From: Antedon mediterranea
Lineage: Eukaryota > Animalia > Echinodermata
Direction of reading: 5' to 3'
Length of the DNA stretch: 64,000 nucleotides
NCBI RefSeq assembly: GCF_964355755.1
Contig: NC_092676.1
Coordinates: 29,592,871-29,656,870 of the forward strand
Under the pieces are notes generated by a model that ran no database searches, was not told the origin of the DNA, and saw nothing but the letters and a program-made list of their open reading frames with translations. Position numbers and translations under genes: made by a program. Positions 15,001 through 30,000 of the stretch are shown here, piece after piece (position 1 is the stretch's first letter; every line of letters starts with the position of its first letter).

Positions 15001-18000
15001 TATTACAGTACCTCATTTCAGGTGGGCTATCCTTACAGAGTGAATACTTCTGAACATAATAAGTAGCTTCTCCAGTCAGAGCATCATGTAGCCAGTCACA
15101 CATCCAGTTCACCTGCATGCCTTTTAATAATCCAGGATATTGACTGAAGAAAACACATTTTGCATGGATCATTGCATTTTATCATAAGATGATATTATTT
15201 TAAGATAATTGCATTTTTAGGTTTCATCAGGTAAGTATACATGGTTATTTTTTTTAGTTGCATAAACAGATACTTTTGATACTGTTGAGGGTCTGAGATG
15301 TGAGGAGAAGAATGAGGGCCAGAAGTGTCAGGAGAAGACACCTCAATAATTCTCAAACATGTTGAGTACTATCAAAACAAAGGAATAATACTCTACCTTG
15401 ATGCAATCTTCAGAAGCCTGTGTGTCGGTGGCAAACATAGAATAATATGCAAATTACACTTGACCCTTGACACAAAGAACTTCATAGGGTCAATGACCAT
15501 ACGTGGGAAATTACGCTTCATCGCAGGTCCTAGAGCCTGAAATGATGTTATAGTTTGTAAGTCATATTTTCAATAGTGTAAACGGTAATATTAAGCAGAT
15601 TATGAATAAATGGACTTTCACAGTAGTAATATATTATTCTTTACTAAAGCTCTGTCTACACTATCTAACTAGTTTGACAAAAAAAGTGTGATGTTCCCAA
15701 ATATGTTAATGATAATTGATATGCTTAAATATAGAAGTGATATGACATCATCATGTCATTTGGCACATCACATTTTTTTTTTGTCACATAAAGTTTGATA
15801 GTGTAGACAGAGCTTTACAGATGATTCCCACTAAGCATACCAAACCTTGATTTATCTCAAACATTTACCTCTCAACTATTATTAACTAAAGTAAAATGCT
15901 ATCTGCATGGTAAGTGAGAACTGTAGATTTAAAATGAGAAAATGAGAGCTTTGGAATATCTGACTGAAGCAATTGATTATAATTATGTATACCAATAGGG
16001 GCACTTGAGTATGAGACTAAGTAAACTTTATAGCAATAAATAAGTACGAACAATTCTTTTTGTTTTGTTTTTGTACTAATATTATTTATGTATGTTTATG
16101 ATTGTGTATGATGAATGGAAAGAAAGAAGAAGAACGAAGCAATAATATCCAGTGACATTGAATATACTATGATCTGAATATTTATGTAATATTAGTAACT
16201 AGGTTAATATAAATAAACTTATGTCAAATGTTAGTACCACAAGACTGGGAATGTTAATTCAAAATATTTGTAATGACCCTGTTAAATTTTTCATAGTATT
16301 TGTAAGCAGAAGTAATAAAAGCTATAAGCGTGTCGTCCGATAAAGATGATAGTGATTAATGTGATCCAAATATGTCATTACCGACGTAATTTCATCTTTA
16401 CTTTTTTGGAAATACTGCAAATAAAATATAATAGTGACATTATTAGTATGAGAACACATTATTCTTAAGGCAAATTTACACAAATGATCGGTGACAGTAA
16501 TAAAAATATAGAATCTATGTTATTCCTTATGACCATTTACACACAATGCGGAGAGGACGGGCGGTCTCTGCTCAGGATAGATACAGATTCTACATGGGAC
16601 AAGCTACGCGGTTTTCCGCTTACTGTTACCGCTTGTTTGTGTAAATTGGTCTAAGGATATTAAACAATCACTACAAACTTTGTTATATGTAAAAACAATT
16701 AACGATTAATTTGAAAAGTATATTATTTAAATACACATTTAGGAACATGCATAAGATACTATTCAGGTCTTCCTCTTTCTAAGTCAGAGCTAGACATATC
16801 TAGACACATTCTACATTTCTAGGTATGGACATTAACTTGACAGAGGGATCTAGCAAGCAGCTACTGACACACTGGTATAATTAAAGTGTGTGTGCTTGGG
16901 TAAAGTCTTCAAAGTGTAATGCTTCATTCATATAGACTTACTTCTAATTCCCCAACAAACAATTCAACCTATTGATATGTTCATAATATACATTTTAAAT
17001 AACAAATGGGTTAGTAACAATACATTGATTTTTACTTGGAAGAAAAGACTAAAATAAAGAGTATAACAACTTGATATTAAATTGATATGTAAATGTTAGA
17101 ATATATAAAACACACTGATTACAACTGATATAAAAGTACACAACACAATTGTATAAATATAAACAGCAAATTCATAACTCATAAATAATTAGTTAACCAG
17201 TTGACCTGAAAATTTGTCAATCAATCTATCAATACCACAAAAAAAAACAGATTAAATAATTATTGATGTTATTGAATAGAGTGTTAGTAATTGATACCTA
17301 CCAGTAGAAGCCCATCCAGTTCATCATTTGAAAAGAGTGGTGGGTACTCTCCACATACCAGAAGACTGTTAATGGCATCCAGATATACGTCCTCTTTGAG
17401 GTCTTGACCCTGCAAGAAGAGACAGAAGAGAATTAAAGGAATGCTGACACAGAATTTGAAACAGATGACAGAAAGAGATGGCCAAAGAGATGACAGAAAG
17501 AGACGACAGAAAGAGACGACAGAAACAGATGACAGAAACAGATGACAGAAACAGATGACAGAAACAGATGACAGAATCAGATGACAGAAAGAGATGGCCA
17601 AAGAGATGACAGAAAGAGATGACAGAAAGAGAAGACAGAAAGAGAAGACAGAAAGAGACGACAGAATCAGATGACAGAAACAGATGACATAAACAGTTGA
17701 CAGAAACAGATGACAGAAACAGATGACAGAAACCGTTGACAGAAAGAGATAAAAGAATCAGATGACAGAAACCGTTGACAGAAAGAGATGACAGAAACAG
17801 ATAACAGAATCAGATGACAGAAACAGATGACAGAAACAGAAGACAGAAAAAGATAACAGAAAAAGATGACAGAAAGAGATGACAGAAACTGTTGACAGAA
17901 AGAGATGAAAGAAAGAGATGACAGAATCAGATGACAGAAACAGGCGACAAAAAGAGATGACAGAAACAGATGACAGAATCAGAAACGAGAACAAGACCAC

Positions 18001-21000
18001 ATGACTTTGATTTACTTACAGTGAACATTAATGTGAGCATTTTTCCCTCTGTACCAGACAGTCTAACCGCTGATCGTAGTCCGTCAAAGAAACTGTTATT
18101 CTTTGAGGTGTCAATGGGATGCAGTGGCATGTCGGCTACGTGTAACGCCATGTTGACTAGGCTGGTCAGGTGACTCCCTATAGCACCAATCAAAAGCATG
18201 CTTCCACTACGGAAATTAGAATAAATTAATCAAAAATACATCTATAGGAAAACCACTTGGATAAAATTATAGAGAATGATAGGAAAAGAAAAATAAATAA
18301 GTGCACACTTTGGCCAATAATCACCTTGATTGGAGAAGTCTTGTTGCAATATGTTACAAATATTCAGTGTTTGTGGTGATGAGGAAAAATATGAAGAAGA
18401 GCTTGAATAGTTGCAAAGAATGAGTGACATACATTGACAGTTCATCAAAACTGGTACTTACCCGTGATGAAAACTAAGAATACGATGCATTCTGATCACA
18501 TGATGTATCACATGATCTGATAACATGATGTTAAGTTGAACATTTCCAAACTCTTCATTGTAGCGTGTAAGGTGAGATAGAAGACAACGATGAACCTCGA
18601 CTAAGTTTGTCACTGGTTGAAGCAGAACCTGGCCAAGTACAAAATTGAAATACACATATTTAAAAACGTTAAAGAAAACACTAGAAATATAATTTATATC
18701 TAGTAATACATCATTACCTCGTAGGTTATGTTTTCATGCGTGTGTGTGTTTGTTTTTTTCTGTCTATATCTGTTAGTTATCAATAATATTTTAAGATGTC
18801 ATTCAATTGTCATATTCCTAGGTCATATTAATTTATTGATAGAGTATATGCGGCAGATGTTTGCGCTCTCTGAGTACATATTAATCAAATTCTTCTTACC
18901 CGTACTGTTTTCTGTGACATAGAGGTCACAGGTCGTTGATATGTTCTTGATTCGATGGGAAATGTCACAAAATGGTCGTAGAGTTCAAATTCTTCTTCTT
19001 GTGTCATTGGAAAATGCTAAAAACAAATAAAATGTTGATTAAACATGGGCATATTGTGCCCTGGTATTTCATTTAAGCTTATTTCCTTGCATGTAGAATG
19101 ATGGTAAAGGAGTAGATGTCCAATAACAAATGACAATGTATTTGTTGATCTGCAAATTATGTTTGAAAAAAGTTATGTAGAAGAAAGCTAAAACAAGAAG
19201 CTACCTTCTTCATTATATTCTCCATGTTTGTTTCTAACCATTTGAAGTCTGCGGTACGACAAATACGATCGGCAACTATTCTGGTAACCTCATATTTCCA
19301 CAACGATATGACCATACTTGGTTCCTCACGGGATTCTTCCGACAGCCTCATAAGTCCCTACAAACAATATTACATTCCAGTAACATGATTTATTGTTTCA
19401 ATGGGTGTGATTTGTACTTGTAGGTATTCTCATTAAAATGAGAGTGCAATGGCGTACGTACAACACAAGTAATTTGACCAATTACAAGGGAGACAGATCT
19501 AAACTGTCACCTGTGATTGGTTAAATTATTTGCATTAGGAGTTTTTTTGTGCATTTTTCATGCTTTATAAAAAGAGAAGAGATCCATACCTGGAATGCCT
19601 TTGTAATGTCTCTCAGGGTAAAGATGTAATGATATCTCCCTGGCATAGGCGATGGTCTGAGAACATTCTGAATACTGGTGAGGAGTTCGCAAGAACCGTT
19701 GACGATGCAGTCATGGAGCTCTTGTGACAGAGACTGCTGGTTGTTCTTGGTCATGTTGCCATCAAGAACAGAGTCAATGATGGCATGAAGAGAATTGTCT
19801 TTTGGTTCTGGTAGATAGAAGATGGCGAAATGACGCTGTGGAAGTGAACAAACTCTTTTGTCAGATAGTGGATAGGAGCCGGAAAAAGAAGAAGTGGGTA
19901 GGGATGGTTGGTTATATACTCAAGTAATGAAATATAGTAGGTTTATTTACATGAATTCTTATACCTGTGTCTGACACAAACACAGGAAACAATTTAATAT
20001 CTTATCGATTTATTCTTGATTCTTGATATTTATTTTATTTCATTTCAAGCACAACACAATAAAGTAAAATTGCAACATTGTAAAACAAAGAAATGAAACA
20101 AGGACAACCACAAAAAAAACTTTAAATTCTTGATACAGAAATGTTTTGATTTGATACAAACTAGTCATATTTCTTACCAAAAGTCTAGTAGATATCAGAC
20201 TGTTGTTTACACTTGGGTATTCATTGGTGGTCATCGACGCAAGGACGTGCAGTCCCTCGATGGTGCGCCACTCAAATGGCTTGTGAAGAGTAACCAGGGT
20301 CTTGTCGTCCATCAGTTGACGTAGTAACTCATTGCATCGTTGTACACCAAACTCATCAGGCGTTGGTAAACTGATGTCATCTATGAACATCTGAAGTCGT
20401 TTGTTGTCTTTGGCTCCATATACAAATCCTAATTTAGAAATTGTGTATATTAGACTCGCCATAGTCTTTATGGTATAGTTTCTTCACCAGTGCGTGGGTA
20501 TTTATAATTAATAGGTATAGGTATGACAGGCTATGTGTGTATGCCAAAGCTTTATTTATAACGATATAGCTGTGTAAGTGTAAAATATGTGTTTTTTTCT
20601 CTTTACAAGTGTAGTTTAATAATTATTTATTAGGCAAATCCTTTACAATTATTTCATTATTTTCCTGAATAACAAAAAAAAAATAAAATCATATTATACC
20701 TTGCCTGTGCCAAATGTTGTTTTCCACAAACTGCTGTAGCTGACTGGCACTCGATGCTCCGGAAAATACTAGATGCTTACTGATCTGCTGCGGAGGATCT
20801 ACAAAATAAATAAAAAATTATTTATATCATATAAATATTTTTATCTGTAAATTTAAATCTACAAAATAAAGAAATAATCATTTAAATAAGTATAATTCAT
20901 CTGAAAAATCTACAACAATCACATTAGTCAGGACATAAAAGTACAATGCACTACATGAGTATGAAAACTGCCCCTTCTGGCCATCTTTGTTGTATAAGTA

Positions 21001-24000
21001 TTGGTTTAAACTAAACCTATATAGGGAGTCAATATTGGTTTAAACAAAACCTACCTAGGGAGTCAATGAAGTCATTGATCATTGAAGTCTTTCCCGATCC
21101 TGGAGGTCCGACCAGTATCATGTGGAGATTAGAAAGGTTGGCAAACTCCAAGAGGACTCTTGCACGGATCTGGTGCATAAAGAGATTAAAATGTAAATAT
21201 AATCAAGTGCATAACAATGGTACAGAAGTACGGTGAATACAGGTAGTAATATTGAATATAGAAACCAAACTTTACCGTGTCAACTGTGTCTATGACAAAT
21301 TCTCCTAGCAAGTCTTGGTTGTCTGTGTAGGCAACTTCAGGTACCCTGGATATCCAGGGGTCCCATTCTCCAGCCTCATCAACATAGTAGTCAAACACAG
21401 AGATTTCATGATCATAGTCTGGTAACCTAGTAAATTAATATTTTTGAAATAATAATAATTTATCAAATCAAAATCAAAGGCTTATTTGTTCCATATATAA
21501 TAAGGTGTACATAGAAAAATATTAACAAAATAATAATAATAGTTCATTCTTATATAGCGCATTAAGCAAGCTCTCAATGCGCTGCACATAAATTAAAATA
21601 GACGATAGTTCATTCTTATATAGCGCATTAAGCAAGCTCTCAATGCACTGCACATAAATTAAAATAGACGAGAAGTGGCAATAATTTAAATTAAGGAAAA
21701 GCTTGTTTGAAAAAGAAAGACTTCAACTGACTAAATCAGTCGTAAGTTAAGTATAAACATTCTTTCTACCATACATACAGTAGAACCTCTAAGAGAACAC
21801 CTTTGGGACCCAACAAAAATAATAACCCAAATAGGTGTGTCACAAAGAAGAGGTTCGTCAAAAAATATACATACGCAGAGGTCAATGTTCTCAAAAGGTC
21901 ACTGAAATTCTTGCGATCAGTTCCTTCAAGGAGGCTACCAAATGACCAAATAAGGCAAAAGAGGAAGAGCCTCTCAATGTGCAACTCTCCACCAATCGAC
22001 ACGTTGATCTCATTCAACATGGCTGACAGTAAGCCTAGACACATCTGGAACATTCCGACCTCACATAGGTACATCCTGGGCCTAAATGATAAAAAAGTTT
22101 AGTACATAAAATGTTATTAAAACAACATTATGATATATCATTCATAATGTCTTGACTCTTCTAAAATCATCTTTAACAATTTGTACATAAACAATGATTA
22201 TAAATTCAGTACCAAATTTTAAGTAATTCCATCAAGATACCATAGTAAAAATATGACAACACAAAAAAAAGTACAACAGTTGAAATCAATCCCTTTTAAA
22301 TGGATCATAGGGACACCCAGCATAGGGACACCCAGCATAGGGACACCCAGCATAGGGACACCCAGCATAGGGACACCCAGCATAAGGACACCCAGCATAG
22401 GGACACCCAGCATAGGGACACCCAGCATAGGGACACCCAGCATAGGGACACCCAGCATAGGGACACCCAGCATAGGGACACCCAGCATAGGGACACCCAG
22501 CATAGGGACACCCAGCATAGGGACACCCAGCATAGGGACACCCAGCATAGGGACACCCAGCATAGGGACACCCAGCATAGGGACACCCAGCATAGGGACA
22601 CCCAGCATAGGGACACCCAGCATAGGGACACCCAGCATAGGGACACCCAGCATAGGGACACCCAGCATAGGGACACCCAGCATAGGGACACCCAGCATAG
22701 GGACACCCAGCATAGGGACACCCAGCATAGGACACCCAGCATAGGGACACCCAGCATAGGGACACCCAGCATAGGGACACCCAGCATAGGGACACCCAGC
22801 ATAGGGACACCCAGCATAGGGACACCCAGCATAGGGACACCCAGCATAGGGACACCCAGCATAGGGACACCCAGCATAGGGACACCCAGCATAGGGACAC
22901 CCAGCATAGGGACACCCAGCATAGGGACACCCAGCATAGGGACACCCAGCATAGGGACACCCAGCATAGGGACACCCAGCATAGGGACACCCAGCATAGG
23001 GACACCCAGCATAGGGACACCCAGCATAGGGACACCCAGCATAGGGACACCCAGCATAGGGACACCCAGCATAGGGACACCCAGCATAGGGACACCCAGC
23101 ATAGGGACACCCAGCATAGGGACACCCAGCATAGGGACACCCAGCATAGGGACACCCAGCATAGGGACACCCAGCATAGGGACACCCAGCATAGGGACAC
23201 CCAGCATAGGGACACCCAGCATAGGGACACCCAGCATAGGGACACCCAGCATAGGGACACCCAGCATAGGGACACCCAGCATAGGGACACCCAGCATAGG
23301 GACACCCAGCATAGGGACACCCAGCATAGGGACACCCAGCATAGGGACACCCAGCATAGGGACACCCAGCATAGGGACACCCAGCATAGGGACACCCAGC
23401 ATAGGGACACCCAGCATAGGGACACCCAGCATAGGGACACCCAGCATAGGGACACCCAGCATAGGGACACCCAGCATAGGGACACCCAGCATAGGGACAC
23501 CCAGCATAGGGACACCCAGCATAGGGACACCCAGCATAGGGACACCCAGCATAGGGACACCCAGCATAGGGACACCCAGCATAGGGACACCCAGCATAGG
23601 GACACCCAGCATAGGGACACCCAGCATAGGGACACCCAGCATAGGGACACCCAGCATAGGGACACCCAGCATAGGGACACCCAGCATAGGGACACCCAGC
23701 ATAGGGACACCCAGCATAGGGACACCCAGCATAGGGACACCCAGCATAGGGACACCCAGCATAGGGACACCCAGCATAGGGACACCCAGCATAGGGACAC
23801 CCAGCATAGGGACACCCAGCATAGGGACACCCAGCATAGGGACACCCAGCATAGGGACACCCAGCATAGGGACACCCAGCATAGGGACACCCAGCATAGG
23901 GACACCCAGCATAGGGACACCCAGCATAGGGACACCCAGCATAGGGACACCCAGCATAGGGACACCCAGCATAGGGACACCCAGCATAGGGACACCCAGC

Positions 24001-27000
24001 ATAGGGACACCCAGCATAGGGACACCCAGCATAGGGACACCCAGCATAGGGACACCCAGCATAGGGACACCCAGCATAGGGACACCCAGCATAGGGACAC
24101 CCAGCATAGGGACACCCAGCATAGGGACACCCAGCATAGGGACACCCAGCATAGGGACACCCAGCATAGGGACACCCAGCATAGGGACACCCAGCATAGG
24201 GACACCCAGCATAGGGACACCCAGCATAGGGACACCCAGCATAGGGACACCCAGCATAGGGACACCCAGCATAGGGACACCCAGCATAGGGACACCCAGC
24301 ATAGGGACACCCAGCATAGGGACACCCAGCATAGGGACACCCAGCATAGGGACACCCAGCATAGGGACACCCAGCATAGGGACACCCAGCATAAGGACAC
24401 CCAGCATAGGGACACCCAGCATAGGGACACCCAGCATAGGGACACCCAGCATAGGGACACCCAGCATAGGGACACCCAGCATAGGGACACCCAGCATAGG
24501 GACACCCAGCATAGGGACACCCAGCATAGGGACACCCAGCATAGGGACACCCAGCATAGGGACACCCAGCATAGGGACACCCAGCATAAGGACACCCAGC
24601 ATAGGGACACCCAGCATAGGGACACCCAGCATAGGGACACCCAGCATAGGGACACCCATTCATTGTTTTACTGTTGCTTTAAAGCTCTGTCTACACTATC
24701 AAACTAGTTTGACAAAAATAAGTGTGATGTGCCCAAATATAGTAGTGATATTCCTAAATATGGTAGTAATATGACATCATGATGTCCACATATTGGCACA
24801 TCACATTTTTTGTCACATAAAGTTTGATAGTGTAGACAGAACTTAAAAATACTATGGCACATCAATTCTTACTTTGTTTCATAGATGACAAAGTTAACAA
24901 CTGCATCCATTGTTTTGTTAAAGGCTTTCTGTAAACACTGGAAGAAAATAATTAAAAGACACAAATTGAATAAAAAATCTGACTGTGACACAACAAAGTG
25001 AGTAGTGGTCTATGATAATATTACAAGAGGTGTATAACTATAGAAACAATGGCATTGACTGGTTTATTCAGGTAGGTATTCAAGAAGCTGCAATGCACTT
25101 ACGTGAATCTCCTGTTGATTTCTGCCTTCCATCCAGGCTTGAGCAATTGGTCGCCAGCCGAGGATATCCTTGTCAAAATACACAATGCCCTGAAATAGGA
25201 AAATAATGACATTATAAAATAAGAAGCCATTTTACATGTGCAGACCCTCTCAATATTCCTATACAATGACAACATGTTGCGATAATAAGTTTAAAAATGA
25301 CGCGAGAGGATGTGAACTTACCGCTCTAGAAATAGTTGCCGGTGAAACGGTATTAAGATCAGTCGTTTCAAAAAGCAATTTAATGTTGTCTGCTAAAAAC
25401 AACTTGTCTCCATTTCGCAAATGCAAAACTTTATCACCATCTAACACACTGTTGAAGTTGTCAGCCCAACTTGGGGTCAAAGGTCCATCTAGACACAGCC
25501 AAGTTGTGCTAACATTCTAGAATTAGAGAAAAAATTCATTTTTTACAGTAAACTTTAAAGAAAAAGTTTTGAAAACGACATTGAAGTACAACATTGAATT
25601 AATGAATGTGATGTACATGTTGTTCAACTGACAATAATCTACTTACCCTATTAGCCTTTCTCCAAGCATTTGTAAACACACCATCAACCCAATCTCGATT
25701 TTGATTCAGATAACCAAACATTAACGCAAGATCATCAACAACAAGCGGATTTATTCGCTGCAATTTATGACTGACTGGTGAGATTGCTGAAGAGCTGCTC
25801 CTCGACTGTCGTGATTGGTTGGTTGATGAGATAGTAGATAGACCATCTACTAAAGTTTGTATGCAGGTAGATTTCCCTGTTCCTGGTTCCCCTGCCACAA
25901 TTACAGCTAAAAGAAAAGGCAATAATGTATAAGTAAATTTAAATATTTCGTAAAAATGAAATAAAATTTGTTTGTATCTGAGTACAGGGTATACTTGAAT
26001 AGTCTAATCAAATTAAAGGGTGACATCAATTAAACAGACTTCTCTTTTTAGAAGAAAACAAAAAGTCTCATACCATGATTGACCTGTGAGACTGAATACA
26101 ACTGCATGATCTTATTGACCCATGGCGTGTGTGCTATCAAGCCATTCTCTTGAGCCTTTGCTATCATGGCATGTTCTGCGTTGAGGCGTGATCGATGAGA
26201 ACGACTAGACTGAGGCAGTGGTGCTTCACCGGTACCAGTGAATATGTCTTTGATGACGTTGCTGAATATATAATTGGACTAAAATAAAGAATAAAATAAC
26301 ATTTGAATTGTGAATTAAAATAAACAAAGACAGAGGAACAAGCTACAGTACTGTAGATCACTCTTTCTTTCCACTCTCTTTCAGTATACTGGAGTAGCAT
26401 TTTTTTTCCAGTTATTTTGAAATTGTATATAGTTCTTGTGATTATTCAAGTTTCACCTACAACATGGCCAGCTTGTGTTACTTACATCAGCTTTGAGTCT
26501 AGGAGCAATGATATGGTGCAGAGCCTGGGCAACCACTGTATGCTCAGTACGTGCAGCCGCAGTCATCGGGTTCGGCAAGCCTTGCTTACGAGGTCCTTGG
26601 TTCATACTTAAACCATCCTTCAGACTTCTGATTGTAACACTTGATGCTGAAACATCAGACAAAAAAATGTCAATAATACTGTAGTAAGTTGTAACTTTTA
26701 GTTAATGTGGTTATTTTACCATTATGAAGCACATCAAACAATGTTGATAATAATAATAATAATGATGACTTGATTATATTAATAGGATCCTTACCTTGCT
26801 TATCGCCAAGTGATGCTTAAAAGGTGTAGGGTAAGAAAATAAGTACATTAAATAAAATATATGAAAAGTGAAAACTACGAGAAATTAAGGATGTGATCCA
26901 ATTAACTGACCCCAAAAAATAAATGAAGAGTAAACCCCTTGAAATACACAGAGGGTAGGAACCAATAAAATGTCTATACATCCTGTAGCATACATTACAG

Positions 27001-30000
27001 TGGCAAGTTAAGACAGTGCAACCATAATTACATAGCCATAACATCGGCAAGAGTTTGAGGCGAACTCGCGCCATGGTTCTGGTGATAGAAAAAGTTTTCT
27101 CGGATAATGACTATAAACCGTAGGTCCAGTGTACACATCTACTGTAGTACATCTTTCGGGATGAGTAGGGGGTTATCTCAGTGTACTAGTACATCACAGC
27201 CACTGTCCCCCACAGCCAGTCCAGTCTTTGACTGAACAGGTTACCCAGTATAAATAAAATTAAAAAAACTAAATAACACGCATTTATTGGACTCATTTCT
27301 GTACGTATGGTTATTGCCATATTGTCAGTCATAACTCTTTCCCTGGAAAGTCTTACACGCTAAGAGATTAATAAAGTGTATACTTACGCATTAAACTCTG
27401 TGTCTGGGCCAGTGATACTTGGCTACTAGCCCTTGAAAGTTCAGCACGTTCTTCTTTTGTCAATTTGCGTCCCATAGATGCAAACTGTACCACTGTTGCT
27501 ATGGAACCTAAGGTAAATAACTGTTGATACTCCTTTGACCTAATAATAAGAACGAAAAGAAACTCATATTGAAATAAAACATACACACCTTAATATGAGA
27601 AGTTAGTTTGTGTTTGTGCTGCACGTTTTTTTTAAATTAAAAAATAAATACATTGCCTTTCATTCAGTTAGTTTATGAAAAAACACACAATAATAAACAT
27701 CTATTTCAATAACTTTTAGGTTCGATAGATTATAATGAATACAGTTGACTTGTACAAATAAGAACTACATTGTTGAAGAACATATATTTTATTAGGTCAC
27801 TAGAATTTATAAAGTACCCATTACCAGTACATACACAGACAGAAAAGTTTATCTCAAGCTTTGTCTACACTATCAAACTAGTTTGACAAAAAAGTGTGAT
27901 GTGACCAAATATGGTAGTGATATGCCTAAATACGGTAGTGATATGACATCATCATGTCCATTAGGGGCACATCACATTTTTTTTCACATAAAGTTTGATA
28001 GTGTAGACAGAGCTAAACATAATGATAAATGTATAAATACACTACATGATAATTGTGAATGAAAATGGATCTGTGATGAGGTGTTTATAAATAAAGAAAT
28101 CAACACAAATACATGCAGTCTACAGTCTTCTGAATTAAAAAAACACAATGAAGAAATATGATGATAGCTAAAGGCTTGTCAATGGTGCATGCAAAGTCTG
28201 AGAGATTCTAGTGGCACTTTGGAATCACAAACAAAGTTTCACTTTAGTTGGTTACTAGTATTTTAATTTAGATACAGCTTGGTTCCCACTAGCGACACAA
28301 CGCAAGGACATAACGTAATGTAAGTGATTTGACCAATCACAAGCGATGGATTATTCGAACAGTGGCTTGTCATCAGTTAACTTTTTTAGTGGGAACCACG
28401 CTTAACCTAACCAATGTGTTCAATTTAAAGTGTTCAAAGTTTAATTTCATGAGATATTTATCATGATGAAAAGTTAGAAGTAAACTACACACACAGCAAT
28501 GACATTCACAAGATCATCAATCATCTTCATACCCTTCAATCATGTGCCATGTTTTAACGGCGTGTAATAACGATGCACATGTAGAACTCAAACTAATAAG
28601 GTGCTGCTCCTCGGCAGGTCTGTGAGTGAAAGCATGCATGAACAGGGAAACAAAAAGAAAAAAACAAACATATATAATATAAAAGCTACTAAAATTAAAA
28701 ATCAAGTTTAATTAGAGATTGTTTGGGATTGAAATAATGAAATAGATAAAATTATACAAGGCGCTTCCATTTAAAAATCAGGTTTGGGTGTTTTTACTTC
28801 TTTATTAGAAACGATGTGGCAAAACAAATTAAAAAAAACTGGCAAAAAAAGAAAACATAGATAATATGTGACTAAATGTGTGCATATGGGTGTGGAAAAA
28901 ATTGTGTAAAATAGTGTGCTGTATGTTGGGAGGTGATGACGTACGGTAATATATTATTTGATTGGTGTTTCATTTTTTTACAGATTTTTTTGAATCAGCG
29001 ATCAGCAAATAATGAAAACAAAAATCATTTATGTTACGTACAATTGTTCCTTGCACTGCTGAATAAAAATCTTGAGTCTATCCGCAAGGATCTTAGGAGC
29101 TTTGAAGCCGTAACCTGCACATTTAGCCTTCAGGATCATAGCCATGTCAGGAACAGGTAGCGAGATGCTGCGGAACAACGTCTTCACGTCGTTGCCGATT
29201 GGCCTACTATTGGCATTGGTGTTGTTGACGGTCATAAACAATGCTGTGTTCTTACTCACAACAATCTAGAACAGTTGGATGTTTAAAATCAATATTTTAT
29301 ATCTAATCTTAAAATTGTAATCAAAATATGTTAAGCCCTTTGATCAAATTGGAAAAGCACTATATAAGCAATTATTTATTATTATTATTATTAATCAATT
29401 ATTGACTACTACCAATCAATCAATCACTCAAACAGATACTATAATCATTCAATCATTTACTTATTCACTAAATACATTATTTTTTTTTATATTGCCTTTT
29501 TTTGTCTTTCATAAAGTTGACAATCCTGTTCACAGACAAACAGAACAAGAGAATATTTTGTTGTTAAAATACTCTCAAATTAGTTTGACCAAAAAAGTTT
29601 GATATGTGGTAGTGATATGACATCATCATGTCCATATTTGGGCACATCATATTATTTTTGTAACATAAAGTTTGATAGTGTAGACAGAGTACAATACCTC
29701 TTCACCAGTGGAAACAATGCACTTGTTTAAGCCTGACCTTAAGGCTCCAATGATACCTTGACAGTAGTCCATTACCATGGCAACAGCATGTGGCTGAAGA
29801 AGCTGGAACTCATCCAGGCATGCCCAGCTACCATCCTACAAAAAATAATATTGATGACCGAACCAATCTATAATAAAAAACTTACACAAAATGGATTTTA
29901 TTTGATACATAAAATAACAAAATACAGTATCTTACCATCGCCAAGCCTTGCATAATCTTGCCTAAACTCTGCGGATCACTGTGAGGTGAGCAGGCAAACA

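Noticed and set aside
17284-18000. Hydrophobic repeat ORFs ([11 protein letters not shown])
   Set aside because: Translation of the 13-bp intronic repeat. Only the ends overlap true exons.
22219-24774. 800-aa ORFs (GCPYA, GTPSI and MLGVP repeats)
   Set aside because: Artefacts of a 15-bp intronic minisatellite that is stop-free in five of six frames.
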